A stretch of 64,000 bases of DNA from Candidatus Melainabacteria bacterium. GTDB taxonomy: Bacteria > Cyanobacteriota > Vampirovibrionia > Obscuribacterales > Obscuribacteraceae. Of the stretch, positions 9,865 through 20,328 are shown in pieces. Positions within the stretch are counted from its first letter, which is position 1, and the number at the start of each line of letters is the position of its first letter. The notes under the pieces are model-generated. The model had not been told where the DNA came from. It saw only the letters and a list, made by a program, of their open reading frames with translations, and did not search any database. Position numbers and translations under genes: made by a program. The DNA lies in the NCBI GenBank assembly GCA_027451745.1, contig DAIDIP010000005.1, positions 61,505 to 125,504 of the forward strand, given 5' to 3'.

Positions 9865-11661
9865 CTAAGGCAGGATGTGAATTAGCCCTATATAACCCCA
9901 GATTAATAAACTGGCTAAAAACACGCCTTCTATTAATTGTATTTTTCTTTTCGGATTCTCCTTACGCTTTTTAGACTCAAAGAATACCCAACCCAAGAAA
10001 CTGATCAATGTCCAGGCAGTAAGCACAGTTGCACCGCACTGGCGCCAAAAATGCAGATCAACTATATCTCCGGGCACTACATAAATTCTCTCTGGAGGAT
10101 GCACACTAACGCGTTCCATTTCTTGCATTTGCTCGCGGTTAAAATCGTACAGATTTCGTCCTTGACACAGTGCAAGGGCATAAAATGTTTCAGACTTTCC
10201 CGCAGTAATTAAATTGCCGTACCGATCAAAGCCATGGATATAGAATTCTACTACTCGATAACCGTCAGCACAGCGTTCAGCTGTAAAAAGTCCTAAAGCG
10301 GTAATTTTTCCTGGAGCTGCTAAGTCATCGCGCCATAGTCCACCCTGCCTCAAATATTTGTAGCAATCCTCCACCTTAGCATCCACTTTAACACCAGGAA
10401 AAATAGCATCTCGACTATAGGCGGCGCTAAGTCTTTTAATGACTGGCAAATCAGCTTTGTTGGTAATAGGGTTTATATAAGCTAGACCAGGACCATCTTT
10501 TAATTTGTCACTTTTGTCTGGATAACAACCATTTTGAGCGTAATAGCACCTGGCGAAATCTGCCAAAGCTTGCATTTCTTTGACCAAAAGCAGTTCCGGA
10601 GCACCATTAGCATAATAAATATTACCGTCTTCTGTTCTTAGTTCATCTGGCTTTAATTGATACCAACTTTCTTTGCGAGTTGCCATACTAACAAACATAT
10701 CCCATAAATCATTCATGCCACCCTTTAGTAAAAAATATGGGATTTTGCGATGACGAACATCGTTTGTAAAAACAGCATATTTGTTATCAATAAAATTAAT
10801 ACCATTAACATCATCAACTGATTTAAATACACCCTTTTCTATTAGCTGCCTAGCTATCAAATTGCTATCAGACAATTCACGTGGTACAAACAATTTAGAC
10901 AAAGCAATCACAATTGCCGCTATACAGAGAATTACGCTGACAATATAAAAAAGATCGCGCCAGCGATGACGCAAGTTATGAGGCTTAAGTAAACTATTAG
11001 CTTGTTCTTCTGCTGACTCGGCCACATAACGTAATTTCTTGATTTTGGTCGATTGTTTTAAATTGGAATACTTTTTCATCGGCCGCGCTTCTTCTTTTTT
11101 TGCTGCAGGAGGGACAGATAATGCCTCCGTATTTATCTGTTCAGCAAAAGGACTTAGTCGAGAACTTTGTGTCCCAGAATTCGTTTGAGATGCCCTACCA
11201 AGAATGAGACCATGGGTAATTTTATCCTTCTCCACTAATTCTCTATTTGCAAGAGTTTCTTGATGTTCTTGTCTTATTTGTTGAGACAAAGAATGCGCTA
11301 TACCCAATGCACTTTCTGCTTTACTGGTGGCAAGTTTAAAAACTTGATCTGCCTCATCATATTGACCGTTGATAGCAAAAACCCGCCCAAGGTTAGCTAG
11401 GGTGGCTATTACATCAGGATTATTTTCTCCAAGAACTTTTTGCCCAATGTCAATTAACTTATGAAGAAGAGCTATAGCATCGTCAAGTTGTCCATGTTGG
11501 GCATAGAGGGCCACAAGCTCTTGCAAACAAATTGCTAAATGATGCGATTGACTTTCATCGCTTTCACAAATCTGAATTGCTTGCTTATATAACTGCGCTG
11601 CATGTTCATCATTTCCAGCGCTTTTCGCCTCTTCCGCTTCCTGCAATAGCTTTTCTAACAT
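9865..11661 (-). CDS. TPR-repeat membrane protein: N-terminal cytoplasmic TPRs, TM, large unknown domain, two C-terminal TMs
   Basis: TPR-like repeats (AAQLYKQAIQI..., LANLGRVFAINGQYDEADQVFK). TM LFYIVSVILCIAAIVIALSKLF. The ATG at 11661 is preferred over the TTG at 11664. Confidence 0.6.
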   Translation of the reverse strand: MLEKLLQEAEEAKSAGNDEHAAQLYKQAIQICESDESQSHHLAICLQELVALYAQHGQLDDAIALLHKLIDIGQKVLGENNPDVIATLANLGRVFAINGQYDEADQVFKLATSKAESALGIAHSLSQQIRQEHQETLANRELVEKDKITHGLILGRASQTNSGTQSSRLSPFAEQINTEALSVPPAAKKEEARPMKKYSNLKQSTKIKKLRYVAESAEEQANSLLKPHNLRHRWRDLFYIVSVILCIAAIVIALSKLFVPRELSDSNLIARQLIEKGVFKSVDDVNGINFIDNKYAVFTNDVRHRKIPYFLLKGGMNDLWDMFVSMATRKESWYQLKPDELRTEDGNIYYANGAPELLLVKEMQALADFARCYYAQNGCYPDKSDKLKDGPGLAYINPITNKADLPVIKRLSAAYSRDAIFPGVKVDAKVEDCYKYLRQGGLWRDDLAAPGKITALGLFTAERCADGYRVVEFYIHGFDRYGNLITAGKSETFYALALCQGRNLYDFNREQMQEMERVSVHPPERIYVVPGDIVDLHFWRQCGATVLTAWTLISFLGWVFFESKKRKENPKRKIQLIEGVFLASLLIWGYIGLIHILP

Positions 11662-11682
11662 CAAAAATTTCAGTCCTTATTT

Positions 11683-11840
11683 AAGCGCTGCCTCAGCTTC
11701 GTTCCTCGCTTCAACGCGCGTACTTTACTTCGTTTCGCTTCCGCCGCCTCAACGTCGCCGTTCGCTTCACTTCTTCTTTCTAAACTTCAAGCGCTGCCTC
11801 AGCTTCGTTCCTCGCTTCAACGCGCGTACTTTACTTCGTT
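11683..11840. repeat. Perfect 52-bp direct repeat (copies 11683..11734 and 11789..11840) separated by 54 bp
   Basis: Both copies read aagcgctgcctcagcttcgttcctcgcttcaacgcgcgtactttacttcgtt. They sit in a locally GC-rich, C/T-biased island that continues to about 11914. Confidence 0.9.
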
Positions 11841-12045
11841 CGTCTGCGGACGCCTCCTCGGCGCCCTTGTCTCACTCTTTCTTCACTATCCTCCTCTTTC
11901 TTCCTCTTTCTTCCTTAAACATAACCGATTAACCTTACTTCTTCTATGAATCTGTTTCGATGATTAAATGAAAAAATAGAATGACAAAGTTTGTCCAAAG
12001 AATATCTGCAAGATGCCAAGATCCATCAATTTATTAATCATATTA

Positions 12046-12075
12046 TTGACAGCTAGGCTCGATCCTGAACATAAT
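12046..12075 (+). promoter_or_regulatory. Candidate sigma70-type promoter for the tRNA gene
   Basis: TTGACA (12046..12051), 18-nt spacer, CATAAT (12070..12075). The tRNA 5' end lies 9 nt downstream of the -10 element. Confidence 0.45.
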
Positions 12076-12084
12076 TTCTTTTAT

Positions 12085-12158
12085 GGCACGGTAGCTCAGG
12101 TGGTTAGAGCACGCGACTCATAACCGCGGGGTCGGGGGTTCGATTCCCCCCTGTGCCA
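12085..12158 (+). tRNA. tRNA with CAT anticodon: elongator tRNA-Met or lysidine-modified tRNA-Ile2; not an initiator
   Basis: Hand-folded cloverleaf: acceptor GGCACGG/CTGTGCC, D arm GCTC/GAGC, anticodon loop CTCATAA, T arm GGGGG-TTCGATT-CCCCC, discriminator A, no encoded CCA. The 1:72 pair is G:C and the anticodon stem lacks the three G:C pairs of initiators. Positions 31:39 are an A-C mismatch. Confidence 0.9.
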
Positions 12159-12540
12159 GATTCTTTCAATTTTTTAGATATAAAAGCATGAGCACGAAAA
12201 TACGCCAATGCTAGTACAGTTTGTCGAAACAAATCGGACAACAATAGCCGCTAATCACTCAAGCAAGTTAGCCATTCTTTTTTTATCCACGCTCTCTCAA
12301 ACCTGGGGAAAATATCACTATCGTTTGCAGAAATTTTCTTACAAGAGATCTTTAGCTAAGTCTCGAAATGCCCGTCCAGACTTGCAATTGCGACTTAAAT
12401 CTATTTAATTAATTCGAATTTAGCTGCCCAATGAAAAATAACACTTTTAGGGGACAGAAATGACTATTTAGGGTGTGAATGCAATCTCTTGGCAGGGAAG
12501 ATAATTGTAGTAACAGATCGTGAATGAAGGACGATTCGAG

Positions 12541-13383
12541 ATGACTAAGTTTAGACAAGCCAACAAGCAATTGATCGCGCTCATATTATTGAGTGTCCTT
12601 GCTATTACTTGTGGGCCTGCTCAAGCAGCAGACAATCGCATCAGCTCTCTAATAAAAGTGCTGAATTCTTCAAGACTAAGTTTAGGCACACAAGAAATCA
12701 TCGCTGCCAGCTTAATTAGAGAATCAAGTTTTGAAAGCGATCAATTAGATAGGATTGATTTGCATCATGTAGCTTCAGGTCCCCTTTCACAAGAAAACAC
12801 ATTCCATTTAACTAGCGGCAATGCTCTTTTTACACCCAAAAAGGATATTGCCGTAATTACTGCTTTTGGTAGGGTTTGTATTGGGTCCGGTTCAGCCGTA
12901 TGCATTTTGAAGCCAGAACCAGGCGTTGTTGCTGTATATAATCTCCATTCTGGCAATGGAAAGAAGGTAAGTGTTGAAATAGGACAACAATGTCTTAGCC
13001 TTTTCCCAGGAGTACAAGCCACTATCTGCTATCAAGTCTGTGACTTTGAGACTGTCAATCCAGCCAAACGTATCGCTTACAGAAACTTACAGGGTAAAGA
13101 CCTTCCTGCTGGTATTAGGGTGTATTCAGCCGAATTCTCAATTCCATCAGCAATTGAACACATTAGCCCTTTACGATCGATATTGTCTTCAAACAATAAA
13201 GACGATCAAAAATTAGCTGATCTAATACTCAAAGATTTTGTCATCGCCGATCAATTAGCTGATACTGATGTACCTTACACAGTTGCTCAAGAGCCAGCCC
13301 CAGAAGCTTCACCTACCATAACTGCCAATGTGCATATAGATGAAACAAATGGGCAGCTCGTCCCAAATGCTCTTATTCAATAG
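12541..13383 (+). CDS. Secreted hypothetical protein
   Basis: Signal-peptide-like N-terminus MTKFRQANKQLIALILLSVLAITCGPAQA. The track ORF starts at a GTG at 12520. No family recognised. Confidence 0.55.
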   Translation: MTKFRQANKQLIALILLSVLAITCGPAQAADNRISSLIKVLNSSRLSLGTQEIIAASLIRESSFESDQLDRIDLHHVASGPLSQENTFHLTSGNALFTPKKDIAVITAFGRVCIGSGSAVCILKPEPGVVAVYNLHSGNGKKVSVEIGQQCLSLFPGVQATICYQVCDFETVNPAKRIAYRNLQGKDLPAGIRVYSAEFSIPSAIEHISPLRSILSSNNKDDQKLADLILKDFVIADQLADTDVPYTVAQEPAPEASPTITANVHIDETNGQLVPNALIQ

Positions 13384-13415
13384 TACACATATCATTCTCT
13401 GAAATTTGTCGCTGT

Positions 13416-14075
13416 TCATACTTTGTCAGCTACAAATAGTGATTCTTTTTTGCCTAAAAACTTTGGCTTACGCTGTGTGAGTATATCTATCCATGCATAC
13501 TCGCTAGCAATAATTTCACGCAAATTATACCAGTATTGCTCAATACCATATGAACGCAGACCAGCGTCTACCCCTACTACCGATAAGCCCAATTGTTTAG
13601 CGATAAATATTGCCCTAGGCAAATGAAATTCTTGCGTTACCAAAATGGCTTTTTGCACATCAAAAATATTACGTGCTCTATAAAGGCTGTCGTACGTGCG
13701 AAAGCCAGCATAATCGCAAATAATGTCTTGGGCCGGAATTCCAGCTGCTATAGCCAAAGATTTCATGGCTTCGGGCTCGTCATAATTTGCGTGAGCATTA
13801 TCACCAGTCATTAGAATTTTACGAACTTTGCCATTTCGATGAAGTGACACAGCAGTTTTAACTCTATCTGATAAAACCGGCGTACCTATACCAGCCCCAA
13901 AAACTATAGCAACGGGCATTTCGGGTACATCGCAAATATTGCGATAAATAGGATGCGCTTGATTACGGATATTTATATAACCAAGACCCGCCACAAAGAC
14001 TAGCAAAAACACAATTATCAAAATTGCATTCCGGTAACTGTGCTTCTTCTTAACTGGTGCTTTTGGTTTACTCAT
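13416..14075 (-). CDS. SanA/YdcF/ElyC family (DUF218) membrane-anchored protein
   Basis: N-terminal TM (AILIIVFLLVFVAGLGYI) followed by the DUF218 pattern AIVFGAG...ILMTGDNAHANYDEPEAM...VTQEFHLPRA. Confidence 0.75.
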   Translation of the reverse strand: MSKPKAPVKKKHSYRNAILIIVFLLVFVAGLGYINIRNQAHPIYRNICDVPEMPVAIVFGAGIGTPVLSDRVKTAVSLHRNGKVRKILMTGDNAHANYDEPEAMKSLAIAAGIPAQDIICDYAGFRTYDSLYRARNIFDVQKAILVTQEFHLPRAIFIAKQLGLSVVGVDAGLRSYGIEQYWYNLREIIASEYAWIDILTQRKPKFLGKKESLFVADKV

Positions 14076-14080
14076 GAGTT

Positions 14081-14839
14081 TTAATAGGCAGGAACACGAT
14101 AGCGTTCTATATCGCCAAAACGGAAATATTGTTGTTGCCGCTGCGCTGCTCTTTCCACCGCTCCGCCCTGCAATACAGCCATTCTTCTCGAACCAGTTGG
14201 AAATCGCAAAATACTTGAGCCTTGGAGAGCCTGCACTGCATCCAAAACTGTTTTGTCGTAATCAGCATACCCAGAAGAAGTTAAAATGCGCAAGCGCTTA
14301 ATTTGCCGGTCTCTAGTCACCTCGCAAACAAACCATGCAGTTGTACCTATAGGATAAACTGGCTCTATTACATGGGTGTAGGAGTTAATTCGGAAACTCC
14401 GCACCTGATCATTGTTTAACATTTCTGTCGTACTTCCCAATACAGCTTGAAGAAATCGATTACGCCACCGATCCCAAGCAATCATCAATTCTTTATCATC
14501 AGCATCAGGATCTTCCTTGGCAGGCTCCAAATCTCCCATTTGTGCACGCCCTTCCAGATAGCCTGCTTTTCTGTTCTCTGGCGCTTGCAAGCCCTTCTGG
14601 AAAGATAGGTCGTTCTCTTTACTGTTCGGTGTATAGTCGTAAGTTTCCGCACCTTTTAGTATTTCGACAGTCTCCGCTTCCTCAACCTTACCCTTCAAGG
14701 ACTCTTTATTCTCGCTGTCAATTTTATTAGACTTAGTAGATGCTTCTTCAATTTGAGAAAATGCAGATCCAACCAGCATCGGCCAAGTGAATAAGCAGAA
14801 GAAAACTGCGCTTAACCTTATTGCAATTTTCACTTCCAT
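14081..14839 (-). CDS. Secreted protein with a TonB-C-terminal-like domain
   Basis: Signal peptide (IRLSAVFFCLFTWPMLVGSAFS) and an acidic linker. C-terminal VCEVTRDRQIKRLRILTSSGYADYDKTVLDAVQAL...FP resembles the TonB_C pattern (SSG..lD.aal.av). Confidence 0.45.
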   Translation of the reverse strand: MEVKIAIRLSAVFFCLFTWPMLVGSAFSQIEEASTKSNKIDSENKESLKGKVEEAETVEILKGAETYDYTPNSKENDLSFQKGLQAPENRKAGYLEGRAQMGDLEPAKEDPDADDKELMIAWDRWRNRFLQAVLGSTTEMLNNDQVRSFRINSYTHVIEPVYPIGTTAWFVCEVTRDRQIKRLRILTSSGYADYDKTVLDAVQALQGSSILRFPTGSRRMAVLQGGAVERAAQRQQQYFRFGDIERYRVPAY

Positions 14840-14945
14840 ACTGTATGCCTGATGAGATATGCCCTACCATATAGTCAGTAATAGCTTACCCTTTTTTTCT
14901 TATTCCTGGCTACAAACTTGCGTACCGGAAATTTCAAAATTCGCA

Positions 14946-16445
14946 ATGGAAAATAATTTACAACCAGATTTTTTAGATTTAGAAATAGCAAATTGCTTAG
15001 CAAAGGCATGCGAAATTATCGCCAATGACCGGCAGAAAGGCGACATTAAAAAATCATCTCCGCCATCAAATAAAAAATTGCTTGTCGCACTATCAGGCGG
15101 CAGCGATTCAACAGCCCTATTATTAGCTCTAAAGGAAAGCGCACCGCTGTTTGGATTAGCAATTCAAGCCTGTCATATAGACCACAGGCTACGGGCTGAT
15201 GAATCTGATAGAGATGCTCAATTTTGTCAGGACTTGTGCAACCAATTAAACATCGGCTGCACAGTAATCAAGTTGGACTATCCGGAAAGCTCCAACAGTA
15301 GCAAACAACAACACTTTAGTGAAGCAACTTTGCGAGAAAAACGCTATCAGTGTCTTATCAATTTTGCTCGCAAAAACAAAATCTTTCACCTGATTACCGG
15401 ACATACTCTTGACGACCAGATTGAGACTTTTCTCTTTCGTCTTTTTCGCGGAACTTCCTTGTCAGGACTACAAGGCATTAAGGCATCAAGACAATTAGCA
15501 AAAGACATTTATTTATTACGTCCACTGCTCAATCTAACTAAATCTCAATGTCAGGCTTATCTAAAGCGTCACAATATTGAGGCTCGCGAGGATTCTTCTA
15601 ATGCCAATGAGGTTTATAGTCGCAACTACATCCGTCATAAAATCATACCTGCTATAAGCAGTCGCTTCCCTTATTTTTATAATCATCTAGATTCTCTGCA
15701 AAACATCATCATTAACGAAGACAATTTTTTGGAAGACATGTCTGGTGAATTGCTTGTTCAACTACAAGCTGCTGATATAAATGTTTGGCCAATTCCAATA
15801 CTTGAGAAGCAATCACTTGCTATGCAAAGACGCGTATTAGCAACAGCCTTTAAGAAACGCGGCATCGCTTTGTCGTTCAAACGGCTAGATGAGATTGTAG
15901 CGTTGATAAAGCAAAGTCAATATCCTGCTTACCTTAACCTCAATAAAAATTGGCGCCTTAAGCGTACTGAGAAGCATTTAGTCTGGCAAGAAATACAAAG
16001 CGATAAGCCCGCGATGAATTTAGACCCCCTAGAAATTACAATTCCCAGCGTCAATTTGTTGCCTGCTTTGAATATGATCTTATCAGTCGAGACTTATAGT
16101 CCAGGTAAATCCGGACCAAAATTTTTCAACAAAAACCAGAAAGATAGTCAGAATGAAACTATTATGGTTGATTTATCAATGGTAAAACTTCCTCTCATAA
16201 TAAGGCAGCGCTTGCCAGGGGATAGAATTAGCCCTTTAGGCATGTCGCACTCAGTCAAGCTAAAAAAATACATACACACCCATAAACGTAATTACACAGG
16301 CGCTGCTGAGGTATACTGTGCCGCTCTGCTAGCCGATCAAGAGGAAGTTCTATGGCTGCCTGGACTTGGCATTAGCGAAAAAATTAAAGTAAAAGATAGG
16401 CCGTCTCACATCTTACGATGGAAAACCGCTCAAACAGAGCCTTGA
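14946..16445 (+). CDS. tilS: tRNA(Ile)-lysidine synthetase
   Basis: PP-loop LLVALSGGSDSTALLLAL, TGHTLDDQIETFLFRLFRG. Long C-terminal substrate-binding region. The ATG at 14946 is preferred over 14859, which would leave only 19 bp to the divergent gene. Confidence 0.85.
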   Translation: MENNLQPDFLDLEIANCLAKACEIIANDRQKGDIKKSSPPSNKKLLVALSGGSDSTALLLALKESAPLFGLAIQACHIDHRLRADESDRDAQFCQDLCNQLNIGCTVIKLDYPESSNSSKQQHFSEATLREKRYQCLINFARKNKIFHLITGHTLDDQIETFLFRLFRGTSLSGLQGIKASRQLAKDIYLLRPLLNLTKSQCQAYLKRHNIEAREDSSNANEVYSRNYIRHKIIPAISSRFPYFYNHLDSLQNIIINEDNFLEDMSGELLVQLQAADINVWPIPILEKQSLAMQRRVLATAFKKRGIALSFKRLDEIVALIKQSQYPAYLNLNKNWRLKRTEKHLVWQEIQSDKPAMNLDPLEITIPSVNLLPALNMILSVETYSPGKSGPKFFNKNQKDSQNETIMVDLSMVKLPLIIRQRLPGDRISPLGMSHSVKLKKYIHTHKRNYTGAAEVYCAALLADQEEVLWLPGLGISEKIKVKDRPSHILRWKTAQTEP

Positions 16446-16654
16446 CATACATATGGCTCTGTTAAGCTAAGAAGAAAAATCAAAAGATTAAAATAAGAAT
16501 TTAAGCTTAACTTAGCTTTCGGCAAACAAATAAGAAATTTTTTGATAAACAAGGAGGCTAAAAGGTATAAAAGATATAAGCTTAGGAATAGTCCTAGCCT
16601 AACCATAAGAATGATTTTGTTAGTCTTGAAAAGCTGGGATTAATGGACTGAGCG

Positions 16655-16663
16655 TGTTATAAT
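16655..16663 (+). promoter_or_regulatory. Candidate extended -10 promoter element upstream of ftsH
   Basis: TGTTATAAT (TGn + TATAAT) 31 nt upstream of the ftsH ATG. No good -35 at 17-bp spacing. Confidence 0.3.
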
Positions 16664-16693
16664 CGGTTTTTGGCATTATTTGGAGCGATACAA

Positions 16694-18673
16694 ATGAAGA
16701 AGTACGGAACTCCTGGAGCCGTTTTCTTTTTATTACTAGTCTTATTTATTTTAGGCTTCTCTCTGACGTCGTTTAGTCATAAAGAAGAACCTTTAACGTA
16801 TACACAATTGCTGACATTATTACATGCTGGCAAAGCAGATAATATTTCCAAAGTCATTATTACCAATGGTGAGTCGATCGTACAAGTAAAAATGGCAGGC
16901 AGTGAGCGCGAGCGCTCAGTCATTGTGCCAATCGAATCTAAAGAAGCTTTGATTAACGAGCTAAATAAATCTGGTATCGCCCTCGATGTCAGAGAACCAG
17001 ACAGATCTAGTTTTTGGTTCAGCATGTTGAGCTCTTTTTTCTTACCTATACTTTTATTGGTTGGATTTTTATTCATGCTCAGAAGTGCTCAGTCTGGAGG
17101 CAATCAAGCTATGAGTTTTGGACGCAGTCGTGCCAAGCTTATGGTAGATAACAAAGTCAAAGTTAGTTTTTCTGATGTAGCAGGTATTGATGAGGCCAAA
17201 CAAGAATTACAAGAGATAGTGGACTTTCTTAAAAACCCAGAAAAGTTTCAAGCTCTTGGCGCTCGTATTCCTCGTGGTGTGCTATTAGTAGGCGCCCCAG
17301 GTACCGGTAAAACTTTATTAGCAAAAGCAGTTGCTGGTGAAGCCGGTGTACCATTTTTTAGCATCTCCGGATCAGACTTCGTCGAAATGTTTGTCGGCGT
17401 TGGTGCTTCTCGGGTAAGAGATCTTTTTGACCAAGCTAAAAAACATGCTCCCTGTATAGTTTTTGTTGACGAAATTGATGCGGTTGGTAGACAAAGAGGA
17501 GCTGGTCTTGGTGGCGGTCATGATGAACGCGAACAAACTCTCAACCAATTGCTAGTAGAAATGGACGGCTTTGAAGGTACTACAGGCATTATTGTTGTTG
17601 CAGCAACAAACAGACCTGATATTCTCGATTCCGCTCTTTTACGTCCAGGACGTTTTGATCGACAAGTGGTAATAGATCGCCCAGATGTACTTGGACGCGA
17701 GCAAATATTGTCAGTTCATGCTAAAGGCAAACCTCTAGCAAAAGATATCGAGCTTAAAGTTCTTGCCAAACGTACTCCTGGATTTACCGGCGCAGACTTA
17801 TCCAACCTTATTAATGAAGGCGCATTATTAGCAGCTCGTGCTAATAAGCGCGAGATTGAGATGAATGATTTGGAATTGGCTATAGATAAAGTCGTAGCTG
17901 GTCCAGAGAAAAAGACCCGCATAATTTCTGCCAAAGAAAAAGCAATGACTGCTTATCATGAGGTAGGGCATGCTCTTATGTGTGTTCTTTTGGAGAATGC
18001 TCATCCACTACATAAAGTGAGTATTATTCCGCGAGGTTTTGCTCTTGGCTTAACTATGTTTTTCCCAGAAGATGATGTTCTTACCCAAACGCGCTCACAG
18101 TTAATAGACCAGATAGGCGTAAGTCTTGGTGGTAGAGTTGCTGAAGAAGTTGTATATGGTGAAATCACTACTGGTGCTCATGACGACTTGGAAAAAGCTA
18201 CCAAATTAGCTAGACGTATGGTTACTGAGTTTGGCATGAGTGAAAGATTAGGACCTATGACTTTTGGCAAACGTCATGAACAAGTCTTTCTTGGTCGCGA
18301 TTTCGGTCATGAACGTGATTATGGTGAGCATGTTGCCAGCATAATCGATGAAGAAGTGAAGCGTTTTATTGATGAACAATACTCCAGAGTCAAAACACTA
18401 ATAGAAAAATATCGCCCTCATATGGACGCTATTGTCGCTGTGCTCTTAGAAAAAGAAACTTTGGACCGCAAAGAAGTAGATGCTATTATCGACGAAGTTA
18501 GCCGCAAACTAGGCTGGATTCCAGAAGACAAATCCCAAGGAACCGGGGGCGGTGGCGCATCTGCTGCTGCGGCTTCTCAACCTGAAGAAAGCAAAGATTC
18601 ACAAAGCGGTTCTTCAAAAAATCCAGAACCTCCTTCCGATTCTCAACCCGGCTTAAAACCAAAGTTTGCCTAA
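16694..18673 (+). CDS. ftsH: ATP-dependent zinc metalloprotease FtsH
   Basis: Two N-terminal TMs, Walker A GAPGTGKT, Walker B VFVDEID, SRH region, zinc motif HEVGHAL. GGAG 8 nt before the ATG at 16694; the track starts at a TTG at 16670. Confidence 0.95.
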   Translation: MKKYGTPGAVFFLLLVLFILGFSLTSFSHKEEPLTYTQLLTLLHAGKADNISKVIITNGESIVQVKMAGSERERSVIVPIESKEALINELNKSGIALDVREPDRSSFWFSMLSSFFLPILLLVGFLFMLRSAQSGGNQAMSFGRSRAKLMVDNKVKVSFSDVAGIDEAKQELQEIVDFLKNPEKFQALGARIPRGVLLVGAPGTGKTLLAKAVAGEAGVPFFSISGSDFVEMFVGVGASRVRDLFDQAKKHAPCIVFVDEIDAVGRQRGAGLGGGHDEREQTLNQLLVEMDGFEGTTGIIVVAATNRPDILDSALLRPGRFDRQVVIDRPDVLGREQILSVHAKGKPLAKDIELKVLAKRTPGFTGADLSNLINEGALLAARANKREIEMNDLELAIDKVVAGPEKKTRIISAKEKAMTAYHEVGHALMCVLLENAHPLHKVSIIPRGFALGLTMFFPEDDVLTQTRSQLIDQIGVSLGGRVAEEVVYGEITTGAHDDLEKATKLARRMVTEFGMSERLGPMTFGKRHEQVFLGRDFGHERDYGEHVASIIDEEVKRFIDEQYSRVKTLIEKYRPHMDAIVAVLLEKETLDRKEVDAIIDEVSRKLGWIPEDKSQGTGGGGASAAAASQPEESKDSQSGSSKNPEPPSDSQPGLKPKFA

Positions 18674-18685
18674 AGCAAAAAACTT

Positions 18686-20209
18686 CTATTTTGCTTTGCT
18701 AAGGATTGCGCTTTGGCCATCACTATATAAAAGCTGCCAATCTTTTGACTGTGACAGCTGTTTTGAGAGCTCTGCCGACTTAGGCAAAAACACTTCTTTG
18801 ATATCGTAAGCTTTAAGAAGCTCCTGCCAATTGCCAGCACATTGGCTCATCGCTAGATAGTCGTAAGCAATTTTTGGATTATAAAAACCAAACCTCGTGT
18901 CGATGAAAATTTTTGGAGGATTTTCAATACTCCACATAATCACATCGCCAGACTCTGGATCATTCAGTAAATTTCCGACTAGAGGATGATCACTTAAATA
19001 TCTCACCGCTGAAAATGGTGGATTATAACCAGCAAAAGCAGTCGGTATTGTGGGTGCATAAATTTGAGTAAAAACAGCTGTTAACAGTACTGTTCCTGCT
19101 ATTAGAACTAATAAACAACGCCCACTTCGCCATTCAAAATAACGCTCTTGACTGCTAGACGATTTCTGCAACAAAACTGCAAAGCCCGTCATAAGGAAGA
19201 GTATCGAAACACTCATAATTCGATTTATAAATAATCCGGAAACAATAGCGCCAAAGCCAAGCACAACATACTCCAAACCATCTTTTGACTTGTGCTTCAA
19301 GTATTTAATAGCTAAGCAAACAAAGGCTGTGGATAAAATAGCAAAACCCCATAATTGAGGCTGTTTGAAGTCCAATAAAGAAATCTTTTGATATTCGTGG
19401 GTAATGTTATTCAGTGGATGGAAATAAAGAATAGGTAGGTCACGCCACAGGTTAAAGCCGCGCGGATTAATAAAAGTACTTGTTACACAAATTAGAGTGC
19501 TTACTGAATATGTATTCCAAGCAATCTTTTTATCAGCAAAGACTTGCTGCACAGTGTCCCAACTTGCTAAAGCCAATAAAACAATAATTCCTACTACAAA
19601 ACCTGCATGAAAATTCGCCCATAGCGCCATAAATAAGGCAAATAGAAAAACCACTCGCCAGTTTATCTCTTTTAGCGAACTACGCTTTATTCTGTCTAGA
19701 ACAGATATCTGCATAAATATTGCTACAAATAGTTCTGAGAATATTTCAGGACGAACAAACATCCGGCAGCCTGCAGCTAAAGCAATAAAAAGACAGAGTA
19801 AAAAAGAAGTTTTTTTACTTACGTATAAGTCAGCAAAAATTCGCGCCGGCACAATGAAAAAGGCATATAGAAATATCAAAGTGACTACGGACAATAAAGT
19901 AATCGTTCCACCGGCCCCATAGAGGGCATAGAAGACTACCTCACTTAACCATTGATGAAAGACAATGCCGCTAGCAAAATTTTTATAAGCTCCCATTGTG
20001 TACGAAAACGGATCAATTGCGGGCAGCTGGCCATGGTCAACAATCCATCGTCCCAAGGCTAATAAAAAACAAGTGTCTGGCTGAGTCAACGAAACTCGTA
20101 CAATTGAGTACGAAAAAAAGAAGCCTATAGCAATCAAACAAAGTACTACAGTTTTATTCCAAAACGAAATAGAACGAGAATCTTTTATATTTTCTGGTGA
20201 TGAATTCAC
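18686..20209 (-). CDS. Polytopic membrane protein with a C-terminal soluble domain, possibly an ArnT/PMT-like glycosyltransferase; function unknown
   Basis: More than 10 hydrophobic segments followed by a roughly 120-aa hydrophilic tail. No diagnostic motif recognised. Confidence 0.45.
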   Translation of the reverse strand: MNSSPENIKDSRSISFWNKTVVLCLIAIGFFFSYSIVRVSLTQPDTCFLLALGRWIVDHGQLPAIDPFSYTMGAYKNFASGIVFHQWLSEVVFYALYGAGGTITLLSVVTLIFLYAFFIVPARIFADLYVSKKTSFLLCLFIALAAGCRMFVRPEIFSELFVAIFMQISVLDRIKRSSLKEINWRVVFLFALFMALWANFHAGFVVGIIVLLALASWDTVQQVFADKKIAWNTYSVSTLICVTSTFINPRGFNLWRDLPILYFHPLNNITHEYQKISLLDFKQPQLWGFAILSTAFVCLAIKYLKHKSKDGLEYVVLGFGAIVSGLFINRIMSVSILFLMTGFAVLLQKSSSSQERYFEWRSGRCLLVLIAGTVLLTAVFTQIYAPTIPTAFAGYNPPFSAVRYLSDHPLVGNLLNDPESGDVIMWSIENPPKIFIDTRFGFYNPKIAYDYLAMSQCAGNWQELLKAYDIKEVFLPKSAELSKQLSQSKDWQLLYSDGQSAILSKAK

Positions 20210-20328
20210 TATTATCTAAATTATTTCATTCTTCAATCTACACCATTATAAAATGTATTCAGTAAATGTATCTTGCACTCTAATACAATGATGCTCAAGG
20301 CGTTTTACCCTAATTGGAGGTTTCGATT

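Noticed and set aside
11683-11840. The 52-bp direct repeats as a possible CRISPR array
   Set aside because: There are only two copies, the repeat is too long, the single 54-bp spacer has the same skewed composition, and no cas genes or leader were seen in the window.
12208-12408. 66-aa ORF downstream of the tRNA, and the idea of an integrated element at the tRNA
   Set aside because: There is no RBS, no recognisable domain, no integrase or att-like duplicate of the tRNA 3' end, and the flanking genes look chromosomal.
16446-16669. Absence of hpt between tilS and ftsH (the common tilS-hpt-ftsH arrangement)
   Set aside because: The spacer is non-coding and gene order varies among phyla, so the absence is not informative on its own.
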